IMG/VR virus record: IMGVR_UViG_3300017782_000007
Location: 22,836 to 86,835 of that record
Reading direction: 5' to 3' (one strand)
Length of the DNA: 64,000 nucleotides
From: a virus
Shown piece by piece: positions 34,688-44,173 of the stretch (positions within the stretch are counted from its first letter, which is position 1; each line of letters opens with the position of its first letter). The position numbers were made by a program, and so were the translations under genes. The notes beneath the pieces were generated by a model, which did no database searches, was not told where the DNA came from, and saw nothing but the letters and a program-made list of their open reading frames with translations.

Positions 34688-35863
34688 ATGAATCCAGACG
34701 GTATAAATAATCCGATGTTAGTTGGTGTTACATCTTTAGTAGTAGCATTTATCTTTTTGTCTATAGGAGCCTCTATTCGTAGAGCTTCTAAGAAAGCAGA
34801 AAGAGAAGGAGTTCCTTTTGATTCTCTTCAGTTATTAAATAACTTTATCAAGCATCAATTTGGACTCTTTGCCTTAATTACTTTTGGCTTAATGCTAGCC
34901 GAAACTGTAATATTAACTGACCTAGCCGCGGATGACAGAAATCCAGCCGGTGTATTCCTAATTCACGGAGGTATTAACATTGCTATGTTTGTTCTAGGAA
35001 TTAATTTTCCTAAGAATTCATTAGCTTTTGCCAAAGCCACCATAACTGGAATCAAACAAATGTACTTTTCTTCTAGATCGAAAGATAAGAAGTTTAAAGC
35101 TAAGCTTGATAAGATGCCCGAAAAGATCACTATGTCACAGTACCTAGCAATTACAGGATTTACATTTGCGTGTGTATACGCAGCTATCATTGCTCCAATG
35201 GAAATATTAGAGATGATGGCTAGGGGATACGGAGCGTACGATTACTTGGAACTCTATTATTATGAATGGAGAACTCCAAAAGAAGTTTATGAAGCTTACT
35301 ATGCTTCTGTAGCTTTCCAAAGCCACCCGTTGTATATTGAACATGGACAGTTTTCTACTGTTGATGAGATTATGCATGGAGGGTTAGATACTTCAATATT
35401 CTTAGTTCAATGGCACTTTCTATTAGCATTCCTTAAAGGATGTGCTGTAGTTGGCTATGGACAGAATACGTTATTAGATGATTTTGCTCAGCAATTAACT
35501 GGTGATCAAATCATTACACATAAGAAGAGTTTCAGCGATTTTGAGAAGGATCCTAACATCCGATCAGACTTTTTTGAATCTTTACTTAAGAAATGTGGAA
35601 TGGTTGAACCTGGTCTATCTACTCAGCTAGGACGTATAGTTAACTCTTATGACAAAATGACTAAAGGGAAGAATAGAGTTTATACTGCTCTTAAAGTCCA
35701 GCTAGAAGAGATTAAAACTATCGATAAAGCTTATAGTAAAGGAAAATTATCTAAATCTGATTATGAGAGTAAACTAAAAAATCATAAGCAAGAAGTGAAG
35801 AAGGTAATTGGTGCTTCATCAAAACACGGAAAAGGATTAGGGGTTTCCATAAGTATAAAATGA
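34688..35863 (+). CDS. Multi-pass inner-membrane protein
   Basis: About five TM segments then a soluble basic C-terminus. Confidence 0.75.
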   Translation: MNPDGINNPMLVGVTSLVVAFIFLSIGASIRRASKKAEREGVPFDSLQLLNNFIKHQFGLFALITFGLMLAETVILTDLAADDRNPAGVFLIHGGINIAMFVLGINFPKNSLAFAKATITGIKQMYFSSRSKDKKFKAKLDKMPEKITMSQYLAITGFTFACVYAAIIAPMEILEMMARGYGAYDYLELYYYEWRTPKEVYEAYYASVAFQSHPLYIEHGQFSTVDEIMHGGLDTSIFLVQWHFLLAFLKGCAVVGYGQNTLLDDFAQQLTGDQIITHKKSFSDFEKDPNIRSDFFESLLKKCGMVEPGLSTQLGRIVNSYDKMTKGKNRVYTALKVQLEEIKTIDKAYSKGKLSKSDYESKLKNHKQEVKKVIGASSKHGKGLGVSISIK

Positions 35864-36061
35864 ACCCCAGAACACAAATGCAAAGGATGTAAGCACAGAG
35901 TACATAAGACTTTCGAGTGGAAAGGAAAAGAGCTATGTCCAGATTGCATTAAAAAAATACCAGGAATTAGGATTTGTCCTGAGTGTTTGAAAGTAAAGAG
36001 GGTCAGTCCTAGATACTTTAAATCCACTAAAACTAGAGTATGTTTAGAGTGTGATCCTTAA
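35860..36061 (+). pseudogene. Zinc-finger ORF (four CxxC) with no in-frame start; frameshifted or reached by readthrough
   Basis: 35864-36061 encodes TPEHKCKGC..CPDC..CPEC..CLECDP; the ATG at 35860 is out of frame (ATG AAC CCC AGA). Confidence 0.6.
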
Positions 36062-36090
36062 TTGGATCACCTCTTCTCTACTCACAAAAT

Positions 36091-36119
36091 TTGACTTTCA
36101 TTAATTAAATCATTATATT
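36091..36119 (+). promoter_or_regulatory. Promoter TTGACT-N17-TATATT
   Basis: Same spacing as the promoters at 9383 and 44121. Confidence 0.5.
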
Positions 36120-36134
36120 AAAAAGCTTATTTTT

Positions 36135-36413
36135 ATGAGTACTAAAGAATTGGTATTAACTTATTTGGCTAACGTAGCCACAGCATCTGGAGTCGCAAAT
36201 GATAAACAAGAAGGTCATTTGGTTGCTGATCTCTTATTAGAGGAAGCTAAAAAAGATCCAGATCGGATGATGGATTTGACTGCTAAAGCTATTGATAGCG
36301 CAAAAGCATTCAGAGTATTTCGTTCAAAACAAGAAATGAAGTTGAAAGAGTTAGCGACTGCATCCGGTATGCACTCATTAGAGATTCTTAAAGACAGATT
36401 AAAAAATCCTTAA
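36135..36413 (+). CDS. Hypothetical protein
   Basis: 92 aa ORF. Confidence 0.7.
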   Translation: MSTKELVLTYLANVATASGVANDKQEGHLVADLLLEEAKKDPDRMMDLTAKAIDSAKAFRVFRSKQEMKLKELATASGMHSLEILKDRLKNP

Positions 36414-36423
36414 TCAAGAACCA

Positions 36424-36814
36424 AGGAGTATACAATGCCTAAGTTGCAGGGTACGAAGATAATCGTGGCTTAGGTGTTTAGAGAATATTAACTATATAAG
36501 ACATACAATTTACATGAAAACTTAGGAGGAATTAATTCTGTAGTGGAAGAAAAGTCTCCCTGAGCCAACAGGGCGACACCCTTAAGGCACTAAGCAAGTA
36601 TTGTGAATAGAAATATTTTGGCTATGGTATAAGAAAAGAACATACTCTGATTTACGTCAGCATGTCTTCGAGTATCTTAAGAACCTTTTCTATAGCGCTA
36701 GATACTAGTTCTTCGGAACACTATGAATCTGGACTACAAATCGAAATATTATATGTAGTGTATCTTAATACATTTTAGATTTACCACTAGAAGGTAAAAT
36801 ATTCTCGCTCTCCT
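36424..36814 (+). ncRNA. Long structured RNA (about 390 nt), unassigned
   Basis: ORF-free; long-range AGGAG/CTCCT and GAGAATATT/AATATTCTC pairings plus several internal helices. Confidence 0.5.
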
Positions 36815-36830
36815 GTTTAAAACAAGCAAT

Positions 36831-37991
36831 ATGAACTTAATGTTAAAAGAATTTATCACCTCTAACGGTAAATTCGTACCACCTGATGTAGAGTCTTATA
36901 TAAAAGGTGGTAGAAAACATGATTTCTGCGCTTTTTGTAATAAGAAACATCATAATTACGCAACCTATAACTTTAATAAAGAAGATAGGAAAAGTCATCA
37001 GGTATTATCCTCACACATGAGAATACCTAGGTATGATGACTGTTTTGTATGTGTGCGCTGTACTAAAGAAATCGAGGAAGAGGTGTATGGAGATCAAATA
37101 AAGCATCCTGTAGTACTACAGATCTTTAAAGATTCTAATATGTTTTTGAGGAAAAGAATAACCTCATATGTAGAGGATTTAACTTTTATTGATAACTCTA
37201 AGAGTTACCCTCCGCCAACAAGCTTCACCACAGGCAATTTAGACGATTCTAAGTGCATCTTCTGTAAAGATAACCTTCTATCCCAAGAAGGTAGAATAAC
37301 TCCCGTAGATGTCCCCATAGGGGTTAATAGGAAGGTTTATGGAAGAGCTTACTGCTGTGAGTATTGTGATAATGTAATGTCTACTCTGATTTCAGAGGAT
37401 GCTAAACGAGTAAATGGATCTCTTCACGGAGATTGGGATACTTGTGTAGAATGTTCATCACATTACCCTATCACCAGAAATGAAGCCAAAGCCAGAGAAG
37501 AATTTAATACTACTGGCAACCATTATTGTAGTGCTTGTATCGAGAATAAGTATGACTATGCTTTACATCAGGAAAGATTCCCAACATTAGATTGTACGGG
37601 AGGATGTGGAAAGCAATTAACTTATGATCTTACTATATGTTTAAGTGTACCTAAAGTTAAATACTGTACGAGTTGCTTAAATGAAACTTACAATGATGAG
37701 CAAACTAAGAAATTTAATTCTCCTGCTTATCCATCCAAGCAAGAGAAGTTTACTATAAAAACTTTTTACTCTTCGAAGGGCTTGGAGGAAAAGATAACTT
37801 TTATTCTTTTTAAGAATGGGTTAGATTTGCCTTATACCAGTCCTTATTATAATTACACTATGTTCCATGAAACACATGAAGGTTCTATAAAACTGAGAGA
37901 ATCCGATGATTTTCATTCAGCAGAAGAGGCCATCGACGATGGTGTAGAAGCTGCTTTCAGGGAATATGAGTATCTTATGAACCCTCCTTAG
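36831..37991 (+). CDS. Multi-zinc-finger protein
   Basis: About eight CxxC-type pairs (CAFC, CVRC, CIFC, CEYC, CVEC, CSAC, CTGGC, CTSC). Confidence 0.75.
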   Translation: MNLMLKEFITSNGKFVPPDVESYIKGGRKHDFCAFCNKKHHNYATYNFNKEDRKSHQVLSSHMRIPRYDDCFVCVRCTKEIEEEVYGDQIKHPVVLQIFKDSNMFLRKRITSYVEDLTFIDNSKSYPPPTSFTTGNLDDSKCIFCKDNLLSQEGRITPVDVPIGVNRKVYGRAYCCEYCDNVMSTLISEDAKRVNGSLHGDWDTCVECSSHYPITRNEAKAREEFNTTGNHYCSACIENKYDYALHQERFPTLDCTGGCGKQLTYDLTICLSVPKVKYCTSCLNETYNDEQTKKFNSPAYPSKQEKFTIKTFYSSKGLEEKITFILFKNGLDLPYTSPYYNYTMFHETHEGSIKLRESDDFHSAEEAIDDGVEAAFREYEYLMNPP

Positions 37992-37992
37992 T

Positions 37993-38562
37993 ATGGAGTT
38001 AACAAAAGAAAAATTACAACAACTTAACAAATTAGGTCTTAGATTAGAACATTATTTTGTGCTCTGGTCTAAGGCAGAATCATTAGCCCTATTACCCTAT
38101 TACAAGGTAGATAATAGTATTTACACAGATTTGATGAACAAAGGGTACCTTAGTTTATCTAAAAACATTACAAAAGATGGTATTAAACTTATTGCCCCAG
38201 TGGAGGAAACCCAAGAGTGGCGAGAACATTTTGAAAAATGGTGGAATTTATACCCATCTACCGACAAGATTGATCACCACCCAAGATCGAGAAGTCTTAG
38301 AGGTAACAAAGCTGCCGCGGAAAGATATTATAAAAGAATTTACGAAAGGAGTGATGACGGTATGCATAGAAAAATATATGCCGGGTTACAAAACCACATT
38401 CAATCCTTTACTTCACGTACGAAGCTCACTGGGGATAACGCTTTCAAGTACTTCCCATCTGCCTCAAAATGGCTCAACAACGAGCTATGGGATGTCTGGT
38501 ATGAGTCCGACTCGGGTAACTCAGATAGACCCCCTAAGAGCGGGAGAATTAAAATTTCATGA
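37993..38562 (+). CDS. Putative replication initiator / helicase loader
   Basis: FEKWWNLYP...YFPSASKWLN pattern of phage replisome-organizer C-domains; directly upstream of the helicase. Confidence 0.6.
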   Translation: MELTKEKLQQLNKLGLRLEHYFVLWSKAESLALLPYYKVDNSIYTDLMNKGYLSLSKNITKDGIKLIAPVEETQEWREHFEKWWNLYPSTDKIDHHPRSRSLRGNKAAAERYYKRIYERSDDGMHRKIYAGLQNHIQSFTSRTKLTGDNAFKYFPSASKWLNNELWDVWYESDSGNSDRPPKSGRIKIS

Positions 38563-38582
38563 GAATGTAGCGTCACAAGGAA

Positions 38583-39563
38583 ATGTCTGAAGTTAGGAGT
38601 TTAAGTTGGAAGTCTATTAATAAAGCTACTAAAGAAGCATTGGAGGAAATAAAAGGAAGAAAAGAAGGGACAATTAAGTCACTTCAGACTTCAATGCCTA
38701 AATTAGATAAAGCTTTATTTGATGGATTCCCCTGGGGTTCCATAATTTTAGCTGGTGGACTAAGTGGATCTGGAAAATCTATGTTCGTTGAACAATTAAA
38801 AAGAGATTTCGTAAACTATAATCCTAACGAGAAATTTGAGATATTGTCATTTGAATTTGAGATGTTGGGTAAGATGCAGGTACTAAGGAATCTATCAGGG
38901 AAACTAGGTACATCGGTGAGACACTTGCTGTCAGCTGATTCTAATACCTTATCTGATGGAGAATTAGATATGGCAAAGGGTAAACTTAATGAAATAAGTA
39001 GATACCCAATATCTTATGTGGATAATGCAGGAACTTCAGAAGAAATAGAAAAAACTATCTCCTCATTTATAGAAGTAAAAAAGTTAAAAGAAGATAAGAA
39101 AGGATTGATTATTACTATGGATCACGTTCTCTTGGCTAAGGAGAACCTAAACGAATCTGAAAGAATCATGTTGAGGAATATTTCCAATGCAATGATTCGA
39201 GTAAAAAAGAAATATTCAGATGAGTTTCCAGTAATGATTATTCTAGTAACACAGTTAAATAGGAATATAGAACAGAAAGAGAGGATATTGAATGAGAAGC
39301 TCCATATGCCTAATAAGACTGATATTCAGGGATCATCTAGCTTATTTCAAAGTTGTGATTTCTGCTTAGTGTTACATAACCCCTCTACGCTGAAAGGAAT
39401 AGGGGATACTTATTCTCATGAAAAACTACCTTTATACACTCCTGATGAGCAGAATGCCATGATTTATATCCATGTGTTGAAAGCTAGAACAGGAGAACAG
39501 TCTATACTGGCTATGAAGGAAAACTTTGCTAATTCTAGAATTGAAGAGTATAACGATTTATAA
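38583..39563 (+). CDS. dnaB: DnaB-like (SF4) replicative helicase
   Basis: GGLSGSGKS, SFEFEM, TMDHV, VTQLNR, DIQGSSSLFQSCD, LKARTGE. Confidence 0.9.
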   Translation: MSEVRSLSWKSINKATKEALEEIKGRKEGTIKSLQTSMPKLDKALFDGFPWGSIILAGGLSGSGKSMFVEQLKRDFVNYNPNEKFEILSFEFEMLGKMQVLRNLSGKLGTSVRHLLSADSNTLSDGELDMAKGKLNEISRYPISYVDNAGTSEEIEKTISSFIEVKKLKEDKKGLIITMDHVLLAKENLNESERIMLRNISNAMIRVKKKYSDEFPVMIILVTQLNRNIEQKERILNEKLHMPNKTDIQGSSSLFQSCDFCLVLHNPSTLKGIGDTYSHEKLPLYTPDEQNAMIYIHVLKARTGEQSILAMKENFANSRIEEYNDL

Positions 39564-39574
39564 ATTTAAATTAC

Positions 39575-39997
39575 ATGGAAATTACGAAACCAATCCCGTC
39601 CTTCAGGGACAGGAGCGAGTCAATTAAAAACTTAGCAGGGGCATTGATAAAATTTCAATCCCGGATGCCTGGAATCGCTAAAGATTCCACTAATCCTTTT
39701 TTTAAATCAAAGTACGTATCTCTTGGATCACTCCAAGAAGCAATAAAACCTGTCTTAGTAGAGGCAGGACTCTGTTACGTACAATTACTAGAGGGAACCA
39801 GAACGGTAACTACAATGTTAATTCATGCTGAATCAGGTGAATTTATACAGAGTAGTGTCTCTATGAAACCAGAGAAGGATACTCCTCAGGGAGTAGGTAG
39901 CGCTATCACTTATCAAAAGAGATATGCTCTAGCAGCCTTACTCGGAATTAACACCGATTATGATGATGACGGTAACTCCGCTTCATCTTCACGATAA
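39575..39997 (+). CDS. erf: ERF-family ssDNA annealing protein
   Basis: KDSTNPFFKSKY, HAESGEFI, QGVGSAITYQKRYAL, DDDGN. Confidence 0.93.
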   Translation: MEITKPIPSFRDRSESIKNLAGALIKFQSRMPGIAKDSTNPFFKSKYVSLGSLQEAIKPVLVEAGLCYVQLLEGTRTVTTMLIHAESGEFIQSSVSMKPEKDTPQGVGSAITYQKRYALAALLGINTDYDDDGNSASSSR

Positions 39998-40039
39998 AAT
40001 TACTTATATTACACATAAATTAGTTAAATTACTTTAGAC

Positions 40040-40645
40040 ATGTCAAATAAATCATTTACGGGACAATCACTTCTTGATAGAAGAAAACCAGCGTCCCAAA
40101 GACAACTTCCCATCGATATTAATACCAACATTATGTACACTTCTATGGATGTTGGCGAGTTATATAGCAGAGTAGTTTTCTCCAACGAGGAGGGACAGAA
40201 TGGGTTTAAGACTGTCTGGCATCCAAAGCCAGATGGAGAGCGTGCTTTTGGCTCAGACACCCCAGAACAAGCATACCGAAAGGTCTATGACAATAGAATC
40301 AATTGGTTTGTTGATGTATTAATTGCTATGGGCTTGGAGTCGCAAGTTGCACAAATGGACGTCTCCGGAATTAACGAATGGGATATGGATTCATACTTGA
40401 GATTCTCTAAAGATGTGAAAGCATTATTAGATGAAGCAGGTACCGAACCTAGAGTTAATCTGAAAGTTAGATACGATAATAAAGGAGAATGGCCTTTTAT
40501 TCCTGATTACAAGTTTATTGAGAAACATGTTCCAGGAAATCCACCTACTTTAGCGTATACTGATAATGAGATTGAGAAGTATCTCAAACCTGCATCAGTA
40601 GATGTAGAGGGCGACACAGTTGTCAATGAGCAAGAATTATATTAA
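40040..40645 (+). CDS. Putative ssDNA-binding protein
   Basis: Position between ERF and primase; acidic C-terminal tail ending in an aromatic residue. Confidence 0.45.
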   Translation: MSNKSFTGQSLLDRRKPASQRQLPIDINTNIMYTSMDVGELYSRVVFSNEEGQNGFKTVWHPKPDGERAFGSDTPEQAYRKVYDNRINWFVDVLIAMGLESQVAQMDVSGINEWDMDSYLRFSKDVKALLDEAGTEPRVNLKVRYDNKGEWPFIPDYKFIEKHVPGNPPTLAYTDNEIEKYLKPASVDVEGDTVVNEQELY

Positions 40646-40653
40646 ATAGTGTT

Positions 40654-40677
40654 CGAGGGGGTAGAAATACTCCCTCG
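40654..40677 (+). terminator. Stable hairpin (possible terminator or processing site)
   Basis: CGAGGGGGTA-GAAA-TACTCCCTCG; weak T-tract. Confidence 0.45.
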
Positions 40678-40694
40678 TACTAAACTTTACAGAC

Positions 40695-41699
40695 ATGACA
40701 GGGAATGACTTAATTAAAAAGTCGAAAGAGAGAAATAAAATTCATGTTACACGAGACCATATCTTAACTGAGTTAACGCAGTTTCAGATTATGGAATATT
40801 ATACAGGTCAACCTGTTATGATTAACTTCCCATTTAAATCACCTTTTCGAGAAGATACGAAAGCCGGATGTAAATTTATTATTCAGGCTGGTAAACTCTA
40901 CTTTAGAGATTATTCTCAAGAAATTATGTGGGATTGTTTTAGTGTAGTTATGAATAAATTTAATATAAGCTTCCCCGAAGCATTAGAACGAATACATTCA
41001 GATATGGGAGTTGGTAAGTTTAAACCAAATACTTACAAACCTATTGAAGAATACCCAGAAGAAAAATTAAAATACCAGATTAAGGCCGAAGGATGGGACG
41101 AAGAGTCCTTGGAATACTGGAAACAATTCGGCATTACTGAACCAACCTTAAAAAGATTTAAGGTGTTCAATACAAAAAGAGTTTATAAAAATGGAAAATT
41201 TTCAAGTAGAAGCACAAGAGCTAACCCTATCTATACGTATGTCCTCAAATCGGGTAATTGTAAAAATTACCGACCACTCGCTAAAGCTGGCAACAAGTGG
41301 TGGGGGAATACAAGTAAGTCAGACATCTTCGGGTATGATTTATTGCCTGACGAGGGGGAGGAGCTAATTATTACATCATCTCTAAAGGATGCTATGACAG
41401 CTTACGAGCTAGGCCATCACAATGTTATAGCGCCGCAATCGGAGATATCAAATTTTGATATAGATTTGATAGACGATTTAGAAAATAGGTTTAAAAGAAT
41501 AACAGTTATATATGATAATGACGCTACTGGAATAGCTAAGATGGAAGAGTGCTGCATGAAGTACGGGTGGAGGTACAAAATACCTCCTTTAAAAGATATC
41601 TCGGATACGTATAAGAGTTTAGGAAAGAAGGCAACACAGAATTTCTTAGGTGAAGATACGTATCAGATAGAGTGGGAACTATCTAATATCCCATTTTGA
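40695..41699 (+). CDS. dnaG: DnaG-type primase (Toprim)
   Basis: SPFRED N-domain, ITSSLKDAM, APQSE, YDNDATG, KDISD. Confidence 0.88.
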   Translation: MTGNDLIKKSKERNKIHVTRDHILTELTQFQIMEYYTGQPVMINFPFKSPFREDTKAGCKFIIQAGKLYFRDYSQEIMWDCFSVVMNKFNISFPEALERIHSDMGVGKFKPNTYKPIEEYPEEKLKYQIKAEGWDEESLEYWKQFGITEPTLKRFKVFNTKRVYKNGKFSSRSTRANPIYTYVLKSGNCKNYRPLAKAGNKWWGNTSKSDIFGYDLLPDEGEELIITSSLKDAMTAYELGHHNVIAPQSEISNFDIDLIDDLENRFKRITVIYDNDATGIAKMEECCMKYGWRYKIPPLKDISDTYKSLGKKATQNFLGEDTYQIEWELSNIPF

Positions 41700-41722
41700 T
41701 TTCTTAACCAAATCATTTATAT

Positions 41723-43210
41723 ATGAGTACTAAGTCGATCAAGGATTTTATTCTAGCGTATCCAGCGCGTGCTCCTAACGAAGGGGCAAAACACTTTGGT
41801 ATAGATATATCAGAGTATCAAAAACTTTACAGAGAAGTTATTAAAAAGTCTTACAAGCAATTTATGGCACAGCTTCCAAAGACTTCTGTAGTTCTAGTTA
41901 CAGGTGCTGTTAAAAATGGCGTAGAATCTTTTGAAAAGTATGTGATTAATTGGAAGACAAAAACTATTGTAACCTTTGTGTTAGCTGACACATTTACAAT
42001 GTCTTTCGATATGCATAATGCTATTCAGAGAGCCTACGTTCATCAAGGAGAAGGAATGACTGCAGCAGAAGTTGCAATGCATTTTGACTTCCCTAGTGAT
42101 AAATATATCCATGCTTATGCTAGGATACATGGATTCACCAAAGCCAGTCCTGTAACAACGGATTTACAGATCTTAATGGGAGCTTCTGTTGAGGAAGAGT
42201 CTAACAAGTCACTTCAAGCTTTCAAGCGAAAAGTATGGCAACAATCAGAGAAGAAAAAGTGGCAGGAGATTGAGAAAGGTTATAGGAAATGGGCAGACTT
42301 TAAGTCTGGTGTTCTTAAGCCTTTTGAAAACTATGTGGCTGATAAGTTACCATACTATAAACCTCCAATCTTAGGGAAGATAAAACTTCCTAATTATAAG
42401 TATAAATTTGGATGGGTGTTTGGGATGTGTGATACTCACTATATGCGTCTATGTTTCAGTCATACTGGGGCTGTTGTATACAATCGTAAGATTGCTAAAG
42501 ACAGAATTAGACGTCATGTAGTTCAGAGTATTAAAGAAGGTACTAGATTTGCTAACTTTGATAAGATAATGATTTGTGTAGGTAATGATAATATTCACGT
42601 AGATAATTCTGCGCATACTACTACTGCTGGTACTACTCAGGTAGGACAAACAGAAGGTAATTATGCATTAGATGTAGATACATATGTGGATATAACATTA
42701 GATTATATTGAGTCATTTGCTCAATTGGGGGTACCAGTTGAGGTTATCAATGTATGGGGAAATCATGATGAACAAACTTCTAAACTATTAGGAGTATTTT
42801 TAAGTAAATTCTATGCCAAGAGAAAAAATGTAACTGTTCGGAATGAATTTCATTCTCGAATATATACTTCTTATGGTAATACTGGTATGATGTTTAGTCA
42901 TTCTACTGGTTGGTCTCAAGCTAAACTCAGAAACAATCTTCATAAGATGGTTATGAGTGAGGCTAAGGGACGAGGATTATCTTTGGATAAGCTTCATCGA
43001 TGGGCTGCTTTCACATTCCATTTACATGCAGAGAATTTTGCAGATCTAAATGGGTTTATGAAGCACTATACAGCTCCTTCATTAAGTGCAAATGAGTGGT
43101 TTGATGATTCATGGCATACTGATAAAGGTTTTATCGGTAGAGAGCCGGAAACAGCTAATTACTTATTCCACAAGACAGAAGGCCGTAAGTATATCTTTTA
43201 TGTAAAGTAA
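41723..43210 (+). CDS. Calcineurin-like metallophosphoesterase with N-terminal extension
   Basis: CDTHY, GNDNIH, GNHD, FSH, FHLH motifs. Confidence 0.8.
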   Translation: MSTKSIKDFILAYPARAPNEGAKHFGIDISEYQKLYREVIKKSYKQFMAQLPKTSVVLVTGAVKNGVESFEKYVINWKTKTIVTFVLADTFTMSFDMHNAIQRAYVHQGEGMTAAEVAMHFDFPSDKYIHAYARIHGFTKASPVTTDLQILMGASVEEESNKSLQAFKRKVWQQSEKKKWQEIEKGYRKWADFKSGVLKPFENYVADKLPYYKPPILGKIKLPNYKYKFGWVFGMCDTHYMRLCFSHTGAVVYNRKIAKDRIRRHVVQSIKEGTRFANFDKIMICVGNDNIHVDNSAHTTTAGTTQVGQTEGNYALDVDTYVDITLDYIESFAQLGVPVEVINVWGNHDEQTSKLLGVFLSKFYAKRKNVTVRNEFHSRIYTSYGNTGMMFSHSTGWSQAKLRNNLHKMVMSEAKGRGLSLDKLHRWAAFTFHLHAENFADLNGFMKHYTAPSLSANEWFDDSWHTDKGFIGREPETANYLFHKTEGRKYIFYVK

Positions 43211-43215
43211 TTTTG

Positions 43216-43242
43216 TGAGGGGGCTTCGGTCCTCTCATTTTT
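43216..43242 (+). terminator. Intrinsic terminator
   Basis: TGAGGGGGC-TTCG-GTCCTCTCA then T5. Confidence 0.75.
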
Positions 43243-43401
43243 AAAATAAATTAGAAAAATTAGAAATGGAAGAACAATTGAGAAAAGTAAATAATAATTT
43301 GTCCATATTATGTGTCGTTTTGTGTGTTGATGTAATACTTCAATGTTTACTCACCGCAGAATCATTCATGCGTATGGTTTAACCTTATAAATAAATTTTA
43401 A

Positions 43402-44031
43402 ATGGAACTCAAGAGAAAAGATGATTTTAAAGTGTTTCTTGAAGTAGGAACAGAAATTGAAAAAGCACTTCATGACTTCGGACTTGTCCGTTATGGAGAC
43501 CTTCAAGCATCTTCTAGTAGGAAGATTGCAGCAATTATCGTAGAACGTAATGGAGCATTGTTAACAAAGAGTTTTAAAAATACTCTCGCTTCTGGAGATT
43601 TTCATTTCCAGGTAGAGTTAGCTTGCCAAGGCCAGATGAAAACATTAGAGAGTTGGGTTGAAGAAAGAGAGTATACTCCTGACCTAGGAATAGGAAGAGG
43701 GTTCTCTGGAGTAGATCTAACCGGCCCAGATATTGCTTGTGACGCAATGCAAGCCGTTCTAAGCGATGATTTCGATACTGGAATAGGAAATGTCCAGGAC
43801 AACAGTAAAACTCTTGAGATCTCCTGGAAAGACGCCTGGAACAATATTAAGCCAGAGATGAAGATTTACATCTTGATATCTCTGGAAGCAGGTGAGAACA
43901 AGAATGCCATGGAATTGGTAGGAAATGAATATCCAGATATGGCAAGAGAATATCGTGAAACATTATTGTTGATCGTTAGACATAAATTCATACCATTTTT
44001 GGAAAGAATAAATGCCTACATTACGGCATAA
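43402..44031 (+). CDS. Hypothetical protein
   Basis: 209 aa ORF. Confidence 0.7.
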   Translation: MELKRKDDFKVFLEVGTEIEKALHDFGLVRYGDLQASSSRKIAAIIVERNGALLTKSFKNTLASGDFHFQVELACQGQMKTLESWVEEREYTPDLGIGRGFSGVDLTGPDIACDAMQAVLSDDFDTGIGNVQDNSKTLEISWKDAWNNIKPEMKIYILISLEAGENKNAMELVGNEYPDMAREYRETLLLIVRHKFIPFLERINAYITA

Positions 44032-44101
44032 GAGTTAGGTTACTAGCTGTTTTTTGATGGGGGTTTGGAGCAATCTAAACCCCTACTTTAAAAATAATTT
44101 A

Positions 44102-44173
44102 AAAATAATTGCTAAAAAACTTGACAAATGATGTTTTAGACTGTATATTTAGAGTCTCTACGGCGATACGTAG
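44102..44173 (+). promoter_or_regulatory. Promoter TTGACA-N17-TATATT followed by GCGATA-loop hairpin
   Basis: AAAATAATTGCTAAAAAAC TTGACA N17 TATATT tagagtct CTACG-GCGATA-CGTAG. Confidence 0.7.

Noticed and set aside
36540-36740. RNase P RNA
   Set aside because: GAAGAAAAGTCTCC only loosely matches GAGGAAAGTCC and the P4 pairing partner is absent; kept only as an unassigned ncRNA.
38177-38590. 137-aa alternative-frame ORF inside the initiator gene (also 19157-19444, 25358-25642, 42189-42374)
   Set aside because: Almost fully nested in better-supported genes and without protein-like features.
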